DNA from: a virus
Taxonomy: Duplodnaviria; Caudoviricetes
IMG/VR virus record: IMGVR_UViG_3300028048_001169
Span: 161,071-225,070 of that record
Direction: 5' to 3' (one strand)
DNA length: 64,000 bases
The notes under the pieces are model-generated. The model searched no databases, was not told where the DNA came from, and was given only the letters and a program-made list of their open reading frames with translations. Each line of letters opens with the position of its first letter. The stretch's first letter is position 1. A program made the translations under genes and the position numbers. This document shows positions 60,071 to 64,000 of this stretch, piece after piece.

Positions 60071-61273
60071 TTAATCCTCTACGGCTGGCTTACGATCTAA
60101 TGCATCTAATGCATCATAATCAATATTCAAGAAAGCATTGAAATTCTTACTAGCACTCTGGAACTTCTTCTTACCTACTTCATATCGAAGCATACGATAT
60201 TGATCCATAACACTCATCCAATGTTCTCTCTCACGATCACCCACTTCATTATTATCTAAGTAATCTTCTAAGATACCAAGTCTTGTATTGATACAACGAA
60301 GAATATAGATAGCATCTTCCTGCTCTGTACAGTTCTTGATGCGTACTTTATACTCAAAAAGATCATCTTCAATACCGCGTAAACCATTCTTCTTTAATGA
60401 TTTGAATAATGAAAATCCTTTTTCATGAAGCATATCATACTGTACAGATTCAGCAATGCTCTCAGAAGAAGCTCTACGCAATGCCTTTACAACTTTATCA
60501 ACTTCATCTTTCTCTACCTGAGAACCAGTTGATGATTTTGCATTGGTTAATACTTCAATTGCTTCCTTGTATTCTGTATCAAGGTTACGATAAATGAGCA
60601 AGCACCACGCTAAGATGCCCATTTCTGGGCTCTGTACGACACTTGAAAGTGCAGGAACAGCTCTCTTGATAGTATCTACTACTGTACCAAGGCGAGAAGA
60701 CGAGAGAGCCTTATCATTAAGATTATAGGATAATGCTGTTAATTGACGCATAGTATGCTTAATACCATAGATTAGAATATTACTATAATTAATACTATTC
60801 TTTAAATCAATAGAATCATCCTGTTTTGCTAATAGAATATCAAGATATGCTCGTACATCAGCAATAGCACCTTTATTCATCATAGCATCAATATCTCTTA
60901 CAAGATATACAGCAAGATCATCCGGATCTAATAAGCAAACAGCTTTAGAATCAATCTCTACAACATATCGATCTAAATCCACATCATCTGTATCTACTAA
61001 GATACTCATAAGATCTACATTTGTAATTGTAGGGTTTACAATAACACCAAAGAACATATTATCTGTATTCTTTGTGAGAATAACATCAATACATTGATTC
61101 TCTGGAAAGATTTCATTTAATACATCTGCAACCATTGGCTGGCTAGAGTTGAAAGGAACGCCTGAAGTTATTATATCTTTTAACTGAGCACAAACTCCAG
61201 TAAGCTTATCATTAATTAATGATATCCTGTCTACATACTCCTTAGCAGTATCTTCTTCTCTTAAATTAATCAT
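60071..61273 (-). CDS. Putative virion (head) protein
   Basis: 400 aa with an AAGGAG RBS; late motif AACA-N6-TAA at 61323-61334 (-); bidirectional hairpin at about 60034-60070. Confidence 0.55.
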   Translation of the reverse strand: MINLREEDTAKEYVDRISLINDKLTGVCAQLKDIITSGVPFNSSQPMVADVLNEIFPENQCIDVILTKNTDNMFFGVIVNPTITNVDLMSILVDTDDVDLDRYVVEIDSKAVCLLDPDDLAVYLVRDIDAMMNKGAIADVRAYLDILLAKQDDSIDLKNSINYSNILIYGIKHTMRQLTALSYNLNDKALSSSRLGTVVDTIKRAVPALSSVVQSPEMGILAWCLLIYRNLDTEYKEAIEVLTNAKSSTGSQVEKDEVDKVVKALRRASSESIAESVQYDMLHEKGFSLFKSLKKNGLRGIEDDLFEYKVRIKNCTEQEDAIYILRCINTRLGILEDYLDNNEVGDREREHWMSVMDQYRMLRYEVGKKKFQSASKNFNAFLNIDYDALDALDRKPAVED

Positions 61274-61368
61274 ACTTATATCTCCTTCATTGTATATTTT
61301 AAAGGCTTATTTAACACATTCATTATTAGAGTGTTCAAAGCCTTTCGATTGTAATAAATAATATTTTC

Positions 61369-61382
61369 AGTCATATATTATA
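61369..61382 (+). promoter_or_regulatory. Early-type promoter AGTCATATATTATA
   Basis: Exact motif copy heading the operon that runs into the pentamer array. Confidence 0.72.
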
Positions 61383-61435
61383 TAGATGTAGCAATATGGT
61401 GTGTAATAGTAGAAAAATCAAGGAGGAAAATAATT

Positions 61436-61969
61436 ATGACACCAGAGAAAATTGAAGTAGCAAAAAAGTTAGCACCTTATGTAGGAAGAATTGTAGATCC
61501 ACCTACAAATTCAACATTCATGGAAGAGTTAGATTACTATAATAATGTAGCTGCAATTGTTGTGGAATGCTGCCACAATGAGTTGGATAGTGAAACAGAG
61601 TTCAATGCTAGAAAGAACTTGTTAGAACATGAGTTTGAGTTGTTTGATTCCTACTTCGATACAGGTAAAATCAATCGTATGGAAGCTAATTTACTGAGGT
61701 TGTGGAGAGACTCTGTTGTTATTGCAATGGATCGTACTTGCACCGGATACTACTGCTGTAAATTCTACAATAATCCAGAGGCAAACCCATTACCTTTAAA
61801 TGCAGATTCTTATAAGGAGCATTTCGCTTCATGTTTAGAAACTATTCGTCATGATATTGACGAGGCTCTTAAATATGAGAAAGAGGTAAAGAAACCTCAT
61901 AGCCCATTTGTTATCACTGACCCGGAGAAGTATAAGAAAGCGATGGCTGATCAGGGAATTGAGGTATAA
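61436..61969 (+). CDS. Hypothetical early protein
   Basis: AAGGAGG RBS. Confidence 0.7.
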   Translation: MTPEKIEVAKKLAPYVGRIVDPPTNSTFMEELDYYNNVAAIVVECCHNELDSETEFNARKNLLEHEFELFDSYFDTGKINRMEANLLRLWRDSVVIAMDRTCTGYYCCKFYNNPEANPLPLNADSYKEHFASCLETIRHDIDEALKYEKEVKKPHSPFVITDPEKYKKAMADQGIEV

Positions 61970-61988
61970 TTGAAAGGAGATATAGATA

Positions 61989-62828
61989 ATGAAAAATAAT
62001 GATTGGCGTCCTGCTTGGATGAACGTAGAAGATGCACCTGGTATTATGAAAGATCATGGATGTGTAACTTGTTTATTACGATTTGAACATGATCAGTATA
62101 GCAGTAGTTTTCTGGATGACGATGATGAAATCCCATTATCAGCCGAAGATCCAGATGGTGATTTTTACGTATCATTGCTTCCAGAAGCAGATGATATAAA
62201 GTGGAGAGACTACACTAAGTCTACATTCTTAAACCCATGTACTAGCTATATTGTATTATCCACAGATGATTTTATTTTCTGTACTTCAACGCGCGATAAC
62301 GGACGATTCAGAAAAGGCTACAATATGGATGTATTAAAGTATATGGAGATTCCTGAATCTGACGATCCATTCCATCCAATTTGTAAAGATGAAAAGCCTG
62401 AAGATTACGTGCTTCAGACTGTTATTGATAGGATGGTGCAGCAGCCGCAGCCAAAGTCTTTAATGCTGTACAGTATCATCGCAAACGCAGAGAGTAATAT
62501 TATTGTGCCAAATGTATCAAATGTCGAAACGATGTTGTTTAATCATAACTTCTTTTTATGTAATATTACATTACATGGTGAAGGTGAAGTTGATAAGATT
62601 ACATATCGTTTTATCAATACTATATATGATCTCGAGATCGAATCTGATGCATGGGTAGATGATAACGGATACTTCAGATTTACTTCAAAACCAGTTCGCA
62701 TTGCTGACAATGATATTGTATCAATATCAACATCATTGAATCATTTTGTAAGCAAAATTGAACCAATCGTAATAGCAACGTCTAAGAAACTTTTTGGACT
62801 AGAAGAGGAGTCTATTAATGTCTTCTAA
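61989..62828 (+). CDS. Hypothetical early protein
   Basis: AAAGGAG RBS. Confidence 0.7.
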   Translation: MKNNDWRPAWMNVEDAPGIMKDHGCVTCLLRFEHDQYSSSFLDDDDEIPLSAEDPDGDFYVSLLPEADDIKWRDYTKSTFLNPCTSYIVLSTDDFIFCTSTRDNGRFRKGYNMDVLKYMEIPESDDPFHPICKDEKPEDYVLQTVIDRMVQQPQPKSLMLYSIIANAESNIIVPNVSNVETMLFNHNFFLCNITLHGEGEVDKITYRFINTIYDLEIESDAWVDDNGYFRFTSKPVRIADNDIVSISTSLNHFVSKIEPIVIATSKKLFGLEEESINVF

Positions 62829-63024
62829 AATGAAAGACGAATACCGTACTAATCGTGATGATCCTTGTGCACAGTGTAATAAACATGCACCGGGATGCAA
62901 ATCAACCTGCGCAGAGCATGTAGCATATGCAATTCTACAAGTACCAAAACTTGAAGAGAGAAAGCGTCAACAGCAGTTAGCTATGAACTTAAGAGGTATG
63001 GAAGAACATCGTTATAGACGATAA
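62818..63024 (+). CDS. Small Cys-rich putative Zn-binding protein
   Basis: PCAQCNKHAPGCKSTCAEH motif; GAGGAG RBS. Confidence 0.65.
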   Translation: MSSKMKDEYRTNRDDPCAQCNKHAPGCKSTCAEHVAYAILQVPKLEERKRQQQLAMNLRGMEEHRYRR

Positions 63025-63036
63025 TTCCATCATAAT

Positions 63037-64000
63037 GTATCGTAAAGTTAAGTTCAGCGATGACAAGCATTGGTAAAGTGATGCTCTCTATTGTATCGGT
63101 ATAGTGGAGCGCCGTAATGTGAAGGTTTTGTCCTGTTTCGTAAAGTATTGGTGAAGTAACGTGTGGTTTTGCTATGGTATGGTACGGTGGAGTTTTGTAT
63201 AGTAGTGTCACGGTAAAGCTATGTACTGCAATGGTAAAGTATAGTATGGTCTTGTATAGGTGGAGTAACGTGGGGTTGTGCTTTGTCATGGTATCGTGCA
63301 GTAACGTAGTGCTATGGTAGAGTGTAGTAACGTCAAGTTATGGTATGGTTGAGTGTTGTTAAGGTAAAGTCAAGCATCGTTATGGTATAGTAACGTAATG
63401 CTGTGTCACGGTAAAGTATGGTAAAGTGCGGTATTGGTGAAGTGGAGTGATGTTTTGTTTTGTTATGGTAAAGTAAAGTTGTTTATTGTAATGGTATGGT
63501 AAAGTTAAGCACTGTTTTGTTGGGTTATGGTGGAGTAACGTGGGGTTGTGCTTAGTCATGGTATAGTGCGGTAATGTAGCGTTATGGTAGAGCGATGTAA
63601 ATTCTTGATTTGCAATGTTATGGTATAGTAACGTATTGTATCGGTAAAGTCGTGTGTCGTATTGCTATGGTATGGTGCAGTATGGTGCAGTACTGTATTG
63701 TGTTGTACAGTAATGGTAAAGTATTGTGGTGTAACGTGTAGTTGTGCTATGGTCTAGCGAAGCAGCGTATAGTAATGCAACGGTAAGGTATGGTTAATTG
63801 TTGTAATGGTAGAGCACTGTGAAGTGATGATTTGTATTGGCATTGTATAGTCGAGTGAAGTGATGTGAAGCTTTGTTATGGTATAGTAACGTATTGTATC
63901 GGTAAAGTCGTGTGTCGTATTGCTATGGTATGGTGCAGTATGGTGCAGTACTGTATTGTGTTGTACAGTAATGGTAAAGTATTGTGGTGTAACGTGTAGT
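63037..64000 (+). repeat. Non-coding G(T/C)NNN pentamer array punctuated by single Gs (runs off the window end)
   Basis: 186 pentamers + 32 single-G spacers + 2 nt = 964 nt exactly; 179 of 186 pentamers begin GT or GC. Confidence 0.92.

Noticed and set aside
62981-63289. 102-aa minus-strand ORF
   Set aside because: Antisense shadow of the pentamer array, with T/L/H/Y-biased composition, no RBS and overlap with a real gene.
63037-64000. CRISPR array or simple satellite
   Set aside because: There is no constant 25-45-nt repeat with unique spacers and no single consensus unit; only 2 of 5 positions are conserved.
1-64000. tRNAs, rRNA, group I introns/inteins in RNAP genes, chimallin or PhuZ
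   Set aside because: None is recognisable by eye; the RNAP ORFs are uninterrupted and show no intein motifs.

Overview
This AT-rich, gene-dense 64 kb window comes from a phiKZ/AR9(PBS1)-type jumbo phage. The host is probably a Clostridia-type Firmicute, inferred from strong AGGAGG RBSs, a clostridial-type HPr and a CHAP lysin. It encodes four pieces of split multisubunit RNA polymerases, including two different beta' C-terminal subunits, which implies both a virion and a non-virion RNAP. It also encodes replication/recombination enzymes (DnaB-like helicase, SbcD/Mre11, PD-(D/E)XK exonuclease, SF2 helicase, RNase H, a minimal PolB-like protein) and a long baseplate/tail-fibre cluster. Two promoter classes can be read directly: an early-type ARTCATATATTATA (6 copies) and a late-type ACA-N6-TAA (about 15 copies). 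The most striking signals are: (1) a non-coding array at 63037-64000, truncated by the window edge, that parses exactly into 186 G(T/C)NNN pentamers grouped into blocks by 32 single-G punctuation marks, a candidate guide-RNA array with a non-contiguous code; (2) two tandem receptor-binding cassettes with DGR-like variable regions whose domain junctions are controlled by poly-G tracts; (3) a D(F/Y)G short motif shared between a baseplate scaffold and fibre C-termini; (4) a promoter-to-terminator bounded structured non-coding region between the divergent virion RNAP genes; (5) a single in-frame TAG in a 3.2 kb fibre gene. All product calls come from motif recognition by eye; no database search was run.
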